From Cyanobacteria bacterium P01_D01_bin.105 (GTDB lineage Bacteria > Cyanobacteriota > Cyanobacteriia > Phormidesmidales > Phormidesmidaceae), in contig JBCCOO010000022.1 of the NCBI GenBank assembly GCA_039025345.1, positions 15,790 through 47,789 on the forward strand: a stretch of DNA of 32,000 nt, in the 5' to 3' direction. The position numbers and the translations under genes were made by a program. Within the stretch, counting starts at the first letter, position 1, and each line of letters starts with the position of its first letter. The notes under the pieces are model-generated. The model was not told the origin of the DNA, did no database searches, and saw only the letters and a list, made by a program, of their open reading frames with translations. Shown here piece after piece: positions 17,311 to 26,817 of the stretch.

Positions 17311-18598
17311 ATGTCGGGCGCGGCCCATTGCAATTGATTTATTTGCTGGGGCAGGCGGCCTGAGCCTAGGGTTTGAGCAGGCTGGGTTTGACGTGGCTGC
17401 AGCCGTTGAAGTTGACCCAGTTCATGCATGCGTACACAGGTTTAACTTTCCAGGCTGTGCGATTGTTCCGCACTCGATTTCTGCTGTCAGCGGCACAGAG
17501 ATTCGAAGGGCGGCGGGCCTGTCGCCGTCAAGCGCGGTGGACGTGGTGATGGGCGGAGCGCCTTGTCAGGGCTTTTCGATTATGGGGCCAAGGGCATTTA
17601 ACGATCCTCGCAATGCGCTGGTTCGAGAGTTTATTCGGATTGTGCGTGAGCTTCAACCGTCTTATTTTTTATTTGAGAACGTGAAGGGGCTCACGATTGG
17701 CCGAAACTTTCAGTTCTTAGAGCAGATTATTCGAGAACTGAATGACGCGGGTTATCAGGTTAGACAGCCCTGGAAAATTCTGAATGCGAAGGACTATGGC
17801 GTGCCTCAGAGCCGAGAGCGTCTGTTTTTAATCGGTGCGAAAAAGGAAACAGCGCTGCCAGCATATCCTTGCGCTGTTGATATGCCTGTGACCTGTGCGG
17901 ATGCGCTACAAGATTTGCCTGATGCTGAGCAGTTTGAGCAATTGTTGCGCCGTGATGAAGTTCGAGCTGATTATTTGCGGCCACCGACAGGATATTCGGC
18001 AGCAATGCGCTGTAGCGATCGCACTCAATGGAAATATGGCCATCCGCGAAAATGGAGCCCGCGGGTTCTAACCAGCAGCCGCCGGACCAATCATTCAGCG
18101 GCTTCTCGGGCGCGCTTCAAACACACGCCTCAAGGCAAGCGGGAACCCATCTCTCATTTCTACAAACTTTCTCCCGATGGCGTTGCCACCACACTGCGAG
18201 CCGGTACGGATTCGGCTAGAGGCGCGTTCACTAGCCCAAGACCGATTCACTATCAATACGCTCGCTGCGTCACCGTTCGAGAAATGGCGCGGCTGCATGG
18301 CTTCCCAGATTGGTTTCGGTTTAATGAAACCAAGTGGCACGGGGGAAGGCAGATAGGGAACTCAGTGCCACCGCCTTTAGGGTTTGCGATCGCGCAAGAA
18401 ATTATGCGGGTTTTGCCCTATGAGCCGGTTCAACCTGAAACGAAAGTGGCACTGGGCGATCGTGCTCTTTTAAGCATGACGATGTCGTCAGCATCGAACT
18501 ATTGGGGCATTGATAGCCCGATTGGAGGACGAGATCGTAAAACCGGTTTGAGAAAGCGCAAGCAGGAAAAAGGCGAAATTTTGCTGCACGGTGCATAA
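17300..18598 (+). CDS. dcm: DNA (cytosine-5)-methyltransferase
   Basis: 432-aa ORF with motif I IDLFAGAGGLSLGF, IV GGAPCQGFS, VI FLFENVKGL, VIII QSRERLFLIG, IX-like TVREMARLHGFPDWF and X GNSVPPPLG. Its ATG overlaps the ATPase stop (ATGCCGAATGA). Confidence 0.9.
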   Translation: MPNECRARPIAIDLFAGAGGLSLGFEQAGFDVAAAVEVDPVHACVHRFNFPGCAIVPHSISAVSGTEIRRAAGLSPSSAVDVVMGGAPCQGFSIMGPRAFNDPRNALVREFIRIVRELQPSYFLFENVKGLTIGRNFQFLEQIIRELNDAGYQVRQPWKILNAKDYGVPQSRERLFLIGAKKETALPAYPCAVDMPVTCADALQDLPDAEQFEQLLRRDEVRADYLRPPTGYSAAMRCSDRTQWKYGHPRKWSPRVLTSSRRTNHSAASRARFKHTPQGKREPISHFYKLSPDGVATTLRAGTDSARGAFTSPRPIHYQYARCVTVREMARLHGFPDWFRFNETKWHGGRQIGNSVPPPLGFAIAQEIMRVLPYEPVQPETKVALGDRALLSMTMSSASNYWGIDSPIGGRDRKTGLRKRKQEKGEILLHGA

Positions 18599-18832
18599 CA
18601 GACGACTGATTATCTGCCGTCGAAGCCAAGCTAAATGCTCAGATATTGACTCACGCATAACTATCAGTAACGTCAGCAGCGTTAAGAGCAAAGCTGTTGC
18701 TATAGCAAAGTGCGGGTGCATACTTGCGGAGAAGGCTAGCGCCTACACACTTTGCTAGTTGAGTGAGCGTTATCGTGTAAGACTTCTAGCCATCATTAGT
18801 ACCCTAACTCACTCGCCAGAAACCATAGTGAG

Positions 18833-20194
18833 TTAGCTGCGTTGATATTGCTTCCACTTTGCATACAAGAACAAGTGATTGCGCTGCTTGAGGAAAAAAT
18901 AGAGATAGACGCTGGCGATCACAACGACACAAAGCCCACCCAAACCGTTGTAAGTATTGATAATTTGCTGATCGCTCCACCCGTGCCCGACCAGCCGATT
19001 CATATCTCCGCCCATATCGCCTGACCCGCCAAGCAGCGTGCCCCATGGAATAGCCTGTAATCCGCTTTCAATTTTCTGCCATCGCCAAGCCGACCCCAGA
19101 AAAACGAACCCTGCGCCAAGCACCGCTGGATATCGATAAAAATCCCATCGCCACTGCGCTGGCAACGGAAAGTAAAAGCTCACGATGAGTAGGGTAGACA
19201 GATAAAACTCCCCGCCCACGCCACCAAAGGACAGTAGTAGATCATAGGTATTGTCTGAAATCACCCAAGTCCCTAGGAATTGTACTGCTGCTAATATTGC
19301 CGCCAACACCATCGGCCACTTTCTTTGTTCCTTCTGCCCCGTCCAAAACAAAAGTCCCAGCAGCGTCAGCACGCCACAATAAACAAAAAGAGATTTTTCA
19401 AGACTCGTATTCGTCCATCCAAACGGCAATGGAATCGCGCGATAGCCACAGAGCCATGCCACTGTTGCATGCCCAAATTCATGTATCCAAATGACAATGC
19501 CGAACAGCAGCAACCGAATTCCCTCAATGCTGTTCAGCAATGCGGCAAACAATAGCAGTCCTGGAAAGATAACAGCATTGCTAATTCTGTTATCAAAAGA
19601 AAAAAGGTCTGCATCGTCTGCTGTTGCCTGTACGTTCGGCATTGGAAAGGTCGTCTTCCATGCCGCCGTTTTTCCGTCAGATAATCCATAAACGCGAACA
19701 ATCTCTACCTCGCTTAATCCATATTCTGCAAGATTAGATTGACTCAATAGCGCATATATCTGCTGGGTAATTTGGTTTTTGATATCGTTTGATTGAACGA
19801 TAACGCCCAGGTGCAGTGTTTGCTGCCGAATGCTCAACTTCGTCGCTAGACCTATCTCTGTTAAGGCTGCAGTTAGTTTTTCTGCTGGCGACGTCTGGGA
19901 TGCCTGATAAGTTATGTGATGGGGTTTAAAAGATTGAGCAACGTCAGTATGGTCTTTTCGACTCTGTCGGGTCGGCTCATGGCCAGCAGCACTCACTGAA
20001 CGGTTAACGTCTGCTAGCAAGTGCTTTTTTATCTTGTGGTATGCCGACTTCAAGGGTTCTAGTGCTTGCCGTTGGCCCGCACAAATCATCTGTCCGCGGA
20101 GCTGAAAGTAGGCACTATCCAATGCCTCCAAATCAGCATCCGTCGATAGGTCTAATTGGCGGTAACAGGCGGCTAATTCTTCAGAGGATGTCAT
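18833..20194 (-). CDS. Membrane protein with an N-terminal J-like (HPD-less) helical domain and a C-terminal polytopic domain carrying an HEFGH zinc-metalloprotease motif (M50/site-2-protease-like)
   Basis: 453-aa ORF. The N-terminus, CYRQLDLSTDADLEALDSAYFQLRGQ...LKSAYHKIKKHL, resembles a J domain without HPD. The motif WIHEFGHATVAWLCGY sits in the first TM region. At least 5 hydrophobic helices are present. Confidence 0.55.
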   Translation of the reverse strand: MTSSEELAACYRQLDLSTDADLEALDSAYFQLRGQMICAGQRQALEPLKSAYHKIKKHLLADVNRSVSAAGHEPTRQSRKDHTDVAQSFKPHHITYQASQTSPAEKLTAALTEIGLATKLSIRQQTLHLGVIVQSNDIKNQITQQIYALLSQSNLAEYGLSEVEIVRVYGLSDGKTAAWKTTFPMPNVQATADDADLFSFDNRISNAVIFPGLLLFAALLNSIEGIRLLLFGIVIWIHEFGHATVAWLCGYRAIPLPFGWTNTSLEKSLFVYCGVLTLLGLLFWTGQKEQRKWPMVLAAILAAVQFLGTWVISDNTYDLLLSFGGVGGEFYLSTLLIVSFYFPLPAQWRWDFYRYPAVLGAGFVFLGSAWRWQKIESGLQAIPWGTLLGGSGDMGGDMNRLVGHGWSDQQIINTYNGLGGLCVVVIASVYLYFFLKQRNHLFLYAKWKQYQRS

Positions 20195-20293
20195 GACCCA
20201 AGCTTTCCTAATGCTGTAAAAAGACGATGCTTTTCATACAGCTTGCCCGAGCCAACAGGAACGCATTGATTATCTGGTGATATCTTTGTGTGC

Positions 20294-21163
20294 CTATAAA
20301 TCGAGGGCATCGAGTCCTTGCTGACGATAGTAAATACGTAGCTTAATGCCAAGGGTAATTTGCTTCATAAGCCAGTAAAGCACTGTCAAAATAATGAACG
20401 TGATAAAGATGACAGCAGCCGGACGCTTTGTGGTGAGCGCGTTGAGCGTAGTTGCCAAAACGCTGGTTGGATCAGTCGCTAAATCCCAACTATTGAGGCG
20501 GATGAAACGACCGAGGTAAATACCAATAGCACTGAGGGCATGAATCAGCAGCTCCGTTGGGAGTATGAACGCTTCGCTGCCTTTCTTTTTTAGGTAGTAG
20601 GCTAAGTTGACGATGGATAGCGTGTAAGCCTCAAAGCCCAGTAAGATGGCGGCAGCGTGTATTGGAATAAAGACTAAGGCAACGACCCAAATACGAATGA
20701 GGCCGGAGCTGGTACCGCGAATAAGGTGAATGATATCGGTGAGGACATAGGGTGCGTTAGGCAAGAACGCAATGAACCCAATTAGCCCTAGCCACCATAA
20801 GACAGTTCTTCTATTTCTTTCTCGCTTAAAAAGAAAGATGCTCATTCCTAGCGAGATAAGTCCGAGGGCGAGCCACCACATAAGTTTCAGCTGAGTGGCG
20901 CGATCGCCCATAGCAAGCGCATTGACCACCTGCATCTGCGCTCCCATGATGCGCGGCAACCTTGGCCACAAGCCAACTACGCCAATCATCGCGATAATCG
21001 CACAAGATATCAATATCTTAGTTTTAGAAAGCGCTTCGCGCCGAAATAGCAGGAAACTCAAAAATAATGGCACCGCTGCCAGAAACAAATTCCACAAGAT
21101 CCATCCGCTATACACGTTGGAAAAAGCCGCAGCGAGGTCCCTTAGAATCGAAGACAAAAACAT
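20294..21163 (-). CDS. DUF1361 family integral membrane protein
   Basis: 289-aa polytopic ORF with WILWNLFLAAVPLFLS and LPNAPYVLTDIIHL motifs, which I recognise as DUF1361-like. Confidence 0.6.
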   Translation of the reverse strand: MFLSSILRDLAAAFSNVYSGWILWNLFLAAVPLFLSFLLFRREALSKTKILISCAIIAMIGVVGLWPRLPRIMGAQMQVVNALAMGDRATQLKLMWWLALGLISLGMSIFLFKRERNRRTVLWWLGLIGFIAFLPNAPYVLTDIIHLIRGTSSGLIRIWVVALVFIPIHAAAILLGFEAYTLSIVNLAYYLKKKGSEAFILPTELLIHALSAIGIYLGRFIRLNSWDLATDPTSVLATTLNALTTKRPAAVIFITFIILTVLYWLMKQITLGIKLRIYYRQQGLDALDL

Positions 21164-21574
21164 AGAAAATCTGGTAGCTGACTCAAATTTATTCCACCGT
21201 AACCTGAGAATTCAGCATTGTATTCTGAGGGGTATCACTTTCCCAGCCTTCCCCTGCCTTTTCAGACTATTTCAAAGATTGTCGTATGGAGTCAGTTCAA
21301 GTTTTCACCAGGCCCCTTTAAGCTTTTTGCGTCTCTTCTCATCAGTTGCCACAGCAAAATAAGGACGCATTCTTACTTTGCGAATTTCTTACTTTGCTAA
21401 TTGAGTTGCCTGCCATCACGTCAAAGGGTCAGCCAATCAAAATTGTCCTAAGCAACTCAACAAATGCAATATGTGAAGCCATAAACAAAGGCGGGACAAA
21501 CTGGTTAAGCGTGAATACCGCCTCTGATAAGTATGATTCTCGTTTAATAAGCGTTGGCTAATAAGCTAGCCTAC

Positions 21575-24500
21575 TTAGCCAACAGAACTGGCCACCTTGT
21601 CTTTTTGTACACCGGCTTCGGCAGAATCTGCTTCAGAAGGGGGGACAACTTGCCAGAACTTAGGTAGATAGCGACCCCACTCAGCCAAAATAGCGTCTGC
21701 TTTAGGACTCCCTGTGCGCTCCGCATGCGCTTCAATGAGTGACCTCAGCTGCTGTTCTCCCGCATCGGTTAAAACGCGCTGAACCTGAACAATTTCTGGG
21801 TTCACCCGCGTTTGAAAATCGCCCCCCTCGTCAAGGAAATAGCCCAAACCGCCGGTCATGCCCGCGCCGACGTTGCGGCCAACGCTACCGAGCACGACAA
21901 TCACACCGCCGGTCATGTATTCGCAGCAGTGGTCACCGGCCCCTTCAATTACGGCCTTGCCTTTTGAATTTCGCACACCGAAGCGCTCGCCTGCAATGCC
22001 GTTGACATACAGTGTGCCGCCGGTTGCACCGTAGATGCAGGTATTGCCCACAATGACGTTGCTAGCGGCTTCGTAGGTCGCGCCTTCGAAGGGCTTAATG
22101 ACGATTTCGCCGCCATTCATACCTTTGCCGACATAGTCATTGGCTTCGCCAATGATAGTGAGATTCATGCCATCCAGGTTAAAGGCACCAAAACTTTGAC
22201 CGACGCTACCCTTGAAGGTGAGATCAAGCTTGCCACCGAAACCGTGGTTACCGTATTTCTCGGCAATCACGCCTGAAATTCGTGCGCCGACAGAGCGATC
22301 TGTATTCACCACATCCCACGTTTTGCTGACATTGCTATGGGTGGAGATCGCCTCTTTCACCCCACTATCCGCCAAAATCTTGTCGTCTAACACATCACCG
22401 TTACTATTAACCTCACCGTGATCGAGCCAAGTGCGATCCCTCTTAACATCCGGCAGCTTAACCAAAGCGGACAGGTCTAATGTACTTGTTTTAGTCAAAG
22501 ACACATCACCACGGGGCACCAGCAAATCAGCGCGACCCACAATCTCAGCTAGGGATTTATAGCCCAGCTTAGCCAACAAAGAACGCACTTCTTCCGCAAT
22601 GAAGTAGAAGAAATTCACCACTTTGCCAGGGGTGCCAGGGAACCGCTTGCGCAATGCCTCTTGCTGAGTAGCCACACCTACCGGGCATTGATTGGTATGA
22701 CACACACGGGCCATAATACAGCCCTCAGCAATCATCGCGATGGAGCCGAAGCCGTATTCTTCTGCGCCCATTAATGCGCCCATAATCACATCCCAACCGG
22801 TTTTGAGGCCGCCATCTACGCGGAGCGTCACGCGATCACGTAACCGATTCTCCATCAAAGACCGATGCACTTCCGTTAGACCCAGCTCCCAAGGCAGCCC
22901 CGCATGCTTAATCGAGCTCAACGGAGATGCGCCCGTGCCACCGTCGTGGCCAGAGATTTGAATCACATCTGCGTTGGCCTTGGCCACACCGGCTGCAATC
23001 GTGCCGATGCCGACTTCCGCTACTAGCTTCACCGAAACACCCGCTTTAGGATTGATTTGGTGCAGGTCAAAAATGAGCTGGGCCAAATCCTCAATCGAGT
23101 AGATGTCGTGGTGTGGCGGGGGGGAAATCAGCGTTACGCCTGGTTTAGAGTTACGCAGCGAAGCAATGTACTCGCTGACCTTTTTGCCAGGGAGCTGACC
23201 GCCTTCACCCGGTTTCGCACCCTGAGCCATCTTAATTTCAATTTGCTTGGCGCTCATCAAATATTCGGGGGTGACACCGAAGCGACCTGATGCCACCTGT
23301 TTGATAGCAGATGACGCTGTGTCGCCATTCGCTAACCCTTTCAAATGAGGCAAGGTTGCAGATAGCCCTTCTTCATCAACATCGTCGAGCACTTTGAAGC
23401 GCACAGCATCTTCGCCGCCTTCGCCAGAGTTGGATTTGCCGCCGATGCGGTTCATGGCAATACCGAGAGTCTCGTGTGCTTCTCGGGAAAGGGAACCCAG
23501 CGACATACCGCCTGTGCAGAAGCGCTGCATAATCGATTCAACGGATTCGACTTCAGACAACTCAATTGAATCGCGATCACCCTCAAAGTCGAGCAAATCC
23601 CGCAGTGCCGCAATCGGACGCCCCTTGAGCTGCTCGCGATACACCTCATAGTGGTCATACTGTTTGGTTTCCACCGCCTTGTGCAACAGTTTCGTCATCG
23701 CCGGGTTATTCATGTGATACTCACCCGATGGTCGCGACTGCACAAAACCCATGTTTTCTAGGCGCTTGCGAGTTAGCTCAGGAAACGCCTTTTCGTGGAA
23801 GGTCATGGTCTCTTGGGCAAGTTCCGAGACACTGAGGCCCCCAAGACGAGAAACGCTGCCTCTGAAGGCTAAATCTTTGAGATCTTTGCCGATGCCAATT
23901 GCCTCAAAAATCTGTGCGCCTCGATAGCTACTCAGCAGCGAAATGCCCATTTTAGACAAGATTTTCAGCAAACCGTTATCAACGGCTTTGCGATAGTTAG
24001 CTTGTGCGCCGTTGAGGGTGGAGACCGGCAGTTTGCCAGAGTCCATCTGCTTTTGCGTTTTCTTATCCGCCCACCAATGACGGACACTTTCTAGGGTGAG
24101 ATAAGGGCAAATCGCGGTTGCACCGTAACCCAGCAAGCAGGCATAGTGGTGCGTGCTCCAGCATTGCGCAGTATCTACGACCAGTGAGGTTTCCATCCGC
24201 AGACCGTGCGCAATCAGGTAGTGATGGACTGAGCCAACAGCCACGAGGGGCGGAATGTAGGTCTTAGTTTCAGAGAGGGTAGTGAGGGTGCCGTCGGCAT
24301 CAAGGCGATCGCTCAAAATCAGAATCTGATTTCCGGCCTTCACCGCCTCAGCCGCCTGCTTGCACAGGGCCTGAACCGCAGCATCTAAGCCAGCAGGCCC
24401 AGATGAAACTGGATAGAGCGTAGAGAGGTCATAGGTCGGAAAATCCGAGTCCCGAATCATTGCCATCTCAGTGTCATTAATGACAGGAGACTCCAGCCTC

Positions 24501-26224
24501 ATCAGCCGCGCCTGCTCAGGATGCTCTTCCAGCAAGTTCCCCTGAGCACCAAGCTGGGTCGAAAGCGACATCACCAAGCGCTCACGCAGCGGATCAATCG
24601 GGGGATTAGTAACCTGAGCAAAGCGCTGCTTAAAGTAGTCGTACAGTAGGTGAGGCTTATCAGACAAAATGGCCAGCGGCGTATCGTTGCCCATGCAGAA
24701 GGTAGGTTCTTTGCCCTGGGCGGCCATGTCTTGAATGATCATATCCACGTCTTCAGCGGTGTAGCCGAACGCAGTTTGCTGGGTCAGTAGCGTCGATTTC
24801 TCCAGGCGAGTCTTTTCACTAAAGAGCTGCGGCGCAATTTCCATCCGCCGCTCAGCGAGCCACTGGCCGTAGGGCTGAGACTGAGCAATGCGCTGCTTAA
24901 TTTCCCAGTTATGCAAAATCTCGTGGCCGTCTTCAAAGTTCACAGCCAGCATCTGACCGGGGCCAAGCCGACCTTTTTCAACCACGTTTGCCACGGGCAA
25001 ATCCACAACGCCTGCTTCAGATGAAACCACGACGTAGCCGTCTTTAGTAATCACGTAGCGAGCGGGGCGCAGTCCATTCCTATCTAGCGTTGCGCCCACC
25101 TGCTTGCCATCGCAGAACACCACCAGCGCAGGGCCATCCCAAGGCTCTTGAATGCTGCTGTAATACTCGTAGTAGTCCACAATTTCAGGATATTTATCCA
25201 GTTCGGGTTGATTTTTGTAGGCTTCTGGCACCATCATGGTTAGCGCTTGAGCCGGCGATCGTCCTGTGCGCACCAGCAGTTCCATGACGTTATCCAGGTT
25301 CGATGAGTCACTGTTTTCCGCATTCACAACAGGCTTGAGTGCGTCAATATCATCGCCCCAGCTCGAATGCTTTAAGTTCGCCTCACGGGCACTCATCCAG
25401 TTAATATTGCCAATCAGCGTATTGATTTCGCCATTGTGACCTAGCAACCGCATGGGGTGAGCCAGTGGCCACTTAGGCAGCGTATTGGTGCTAAAGCGGC
25501 GGTGATAGACTGCAAATGCGCTCTTATAGCTTTCGTTCTGTAAGTCTTGATAGAACTGGGCGAGCACTTCTGAGCGAACCATGCCTTTATAGACAATTGT
25601 GCGACAGGAGAACGAGCAGGTGTAGGCATCGGCTAAATCTGCATTACCGGTTTCGGTGATTTGCGCGGCAAGGCCTTGCTCAAAGCGGCGACGGGCAAGA
25701 TAGAGTGATCGCTCTAGGGCGTCTCCACTCAAACTTGCCGAAGTCACAAATGCTTGCTCAATTTGAGGCTGAAATTCCAGCGCCAACTCTCCCAAGGTCT
25801 CCGGTAAAACCGGAACCTGACGCCAGCCCAGAAACTCTAGCCCAGTGGCGACCGCCGCCTTTTCAAACAGATCTCGAGCGGTGACCGCAGCCGCCTCAGA
25901 CTGGGGCAAAAACACCATCGCCACGCCTGTTTGACCTGGCGTGAGCGGTGCAAATCCAGAGGCACTGCTCCATTCTTGCAGCAGCGCCCACGGAATCGCG
26001 GTCATAACGCCAGCGCCATCACCAGAATATTTATCTGCGCAGCAGCCGCCCCGATGTTCCATCCCGACCAGCGCGTCTAGCGTATCGGCAACGAGCTTGT
26101 GGCTAGCGCGTCCCTGCTGGTCGGCGATGAAGCCAACCCCACAGGCATCTCGCTCTTCGACTAACCAACCAGGCCCCAAATCTTCTAATACATCTGTCTG
26201 AAATTGAGTTGAATTGAGAGTCAC
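21575..26224 (-). CDS. gltS: Ferredoxin-dependent glutamate synthase (Fd-GOGAT, single large polypeptide)
   Basis: 1549-aa ORF. It has the Ntn-amidotransferase catalytic Cys after a propeptide ([11 protein letters not shown]), central and FMN domains, and the C-terminal GXGXG beta-helix domain ([17 protein letters not shown]). No adjacent small subunit is present, consistent with the Fd-dependent type. Confidence 0.95.
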   Translation of the reverse strand: MTLNSTQFQTDVLEDLGPGWLVEERDACGVGFIADQQGRASHKLVADTLDALVGMEHRGGCCADKYSGDGAGVMTAIPWALLQEWSSASGFAPLTPGQTGVAMVFLPQSEAAAVTARDLFEKAAVATGLEFLGWRQVPVLPETLGELALEFQPQIEQAFVTSASLSGDALERSLYLARRRFEQGLAAQITETGNADLADAYTCSFSCRTIVYKGMVRSEVLAQFYQDLQNESYKSAFAVYHRRFSTNTLPKWPLAHPMRLLGHNGEINTLIGNINWMSAREANLKHSSWGDDIDALKPVVNAENSDSSNLDNVMELLVRTGRSPAQALTMMVPEAYKNQPELDKYPEIVDYYEYYSSIQEPWDGPALVVFCDGKQVGATLDRNGLRPARYVITKDGYVVVSSEAGVVDLPVANVVEKGRLGPGQMLAVNFEDGHEILHNWEIKQRIAQSQPYGQWLAERRMEIAPQLFSEKTRLEKSTLLTQQTAFGYTAEDVDMIIQDMAAQGKEPTFCMGNDTPLAILSDKPHLLYDYFKQRFAQVTNPPIDPLRERLVMSLSTQLGAQGNLLEEHPEQARLMRLESPVINDTEMAMIRDSDFPTYDLSTLYPVSSGPAGLDAAVQALCKQAAEAVKAGNQILILSDRLDADGTLTTLSETKTYIPPLVAVGSVHHYLIAHGLRMETSLVVDTAQCWSTHHYACLLGYGATAICPYLTLESVRHWWADKKTQKQMDSGKLPVSTLNGAQANYRKAVDNGLLKILSKMGISLLSSYRGAQIFEAIGIGKDLKDLAFRGSVSRLGGLSVSELAQETMTFHEKAFPELTRKRLENMGFVQSRPSGEYHMNNPAMTKLLHKAVETKQYDHYEVYREQLKGRPIAALRDLLDFEGDRDSIELSEVESVESIMQRFCTGGMSLGSLSREAHETLGIAMNRIGGKSNSGEGGEDAVRFKVLDDVDEEGLSATLPHLKGLANGDTASSAIKQVASGRFGVTPEYLMSAKQIEIKMAQGAKPGEGGQLPGKKVSEYIASLRNSKPGVTLISPPPHHDIYSIEDLAQLIFDLHQINPKAGVSVKLVAEVGIGTIAAGVAKANADVIQISGHDGGTGASPLSSIKHAGLPWELGLTEVHRSLMENRLRDRVTLRVDGGLKTGWDVIMGALMGAEEYGFGSIAMIAEGCIMARVCHTNQCPVGVATQQEALRKRFPGTPGKVVNFFYFIAEEVRSLLAKLGYKSLAEIVGRADLLVPRGDVSLTKTSTLDLSALVKLPDVKRDRTWLDHGEVNSNGDVLDDKILADSGVKEAISTHSNVSKTWDVVNTDRSVGARISGVIAEKYGNHGFGGKLDLTFKGSVGQSFGAFNLDGMNLTIIGEANDYVGKGMNGGEIVIKPFEGATYEAASNVIVGNTCIYGATGGTLYVNGIAGERFGVRNSKGKAVIEGAGDHCCEYMTGGVIVVLGSVGRNVGAGMTGGLGYFLDEGGDFQTRVNPEIVQVQRVLTDAGEQQLRSLIEAHAERTGSPKADAILAEWGRYLPKFWQVVPPSEADSAEAGVQKDKVASSVG

Positions 26225-26817
26225 GCGTGTGTCACCTAAATGAGAAAACTGCTTCTTTGTTGTAGTTATTTAAATACTCTATAGAAATATTAAGTAGAAA
26301 TAAAGCGATGCGCCATCCGAGGCAGAACGTATGCGATCACTATCACTAAATTTTACGCCTGACTTTTTTCATAAATCTGTTCATGAATAACAGCGCCGCA
26401 GAAGTGCTGATGGTGGGTGCAGTCTATGCACTTTTGAGTCGTTTTGTACTTAGCAAGCGCTCTCCAGCCGGGCAAGTGACGGCCATTATCCGCTTGCTCA
26501 GCCAGTATGAGCAGTGTCAGCGCCCCCCCTCATTCCCTGCTTGGGTTTGTCATCTTAGAGAAAAGCCAAAGAAAAGCGCTGTCCAAGACCATGCATTTGG
26601 TAGCGCATTTATTGATAGGGCACAGCAGAAGGGAAATATCAAGCAGAGTTTAAGTAACTTTCTTAAAACATTTTCCGGCATCGGGCTCATTTCGAGCGAA
26701 CCTTGAAAGTGCTTTTCCAGCAACGTGCTTGGCAATGGCTGCTTACCCTTTCGCAGAGTCCCTCTCTGGGATCTTTTTCATACATTGGTTATCCCATCCA
26801 ACAAAACTTTTCGAGAC

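Noticed and set aside
18402-18721. Minus-strand ORFs 18402-18629 and 18488-18721 as a possible hidden partner (nuclease or controller) of the methyltransferase
   Set aside because: They overlap the MTase 3' end in antisense, lack any motif, and have no start-site signals. There is no evidence for a third gene in the module.
21164-21574. ORFs 20895-21362, 21218-21400 and 21346-21561 (+), and the direct repeat TTCTTACTTTGC x2 (about 21370-21398), in the DUF1361/gltS spacer
   Set aside because: The ORFs have no motifs and partly overlap the DUF1361 gene in antisense. The 12-bp repeat is short and isolated, so it is not enough to call a feature.
21739-26201. Numerous 60-90-aa ORFs on the + strand inside gltS (for example 21739-22005, 23394-23651, 25941-26201), plus nested minus-strand ORFs at 23452-23658 and 25441-25629
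   Set aside because: They lie antisense to or out of frame with a 1549-aa ORF that has unmistakable Fd-GOGAT motifs along its whole length. Their Pro/Arg/Ser-rich composition is typical of shadow frames.
26262-26277. Possible NtcA site (GTA...TAC) upstream of gltS
   Set aside because: The spacing is GTA-N10-TAC, not the required GTA-N8-TAC, and there is no properly placed -10 box.
26383-26706. 107-aa ORF in the gltS / DUF2233-gene divergent spacer
   Set aside because: It has no recognisable motif, no Shine-Dalgarno sequence and an odd composition. I cannot support it as a gene, although it cannot be excluded without a homology search.
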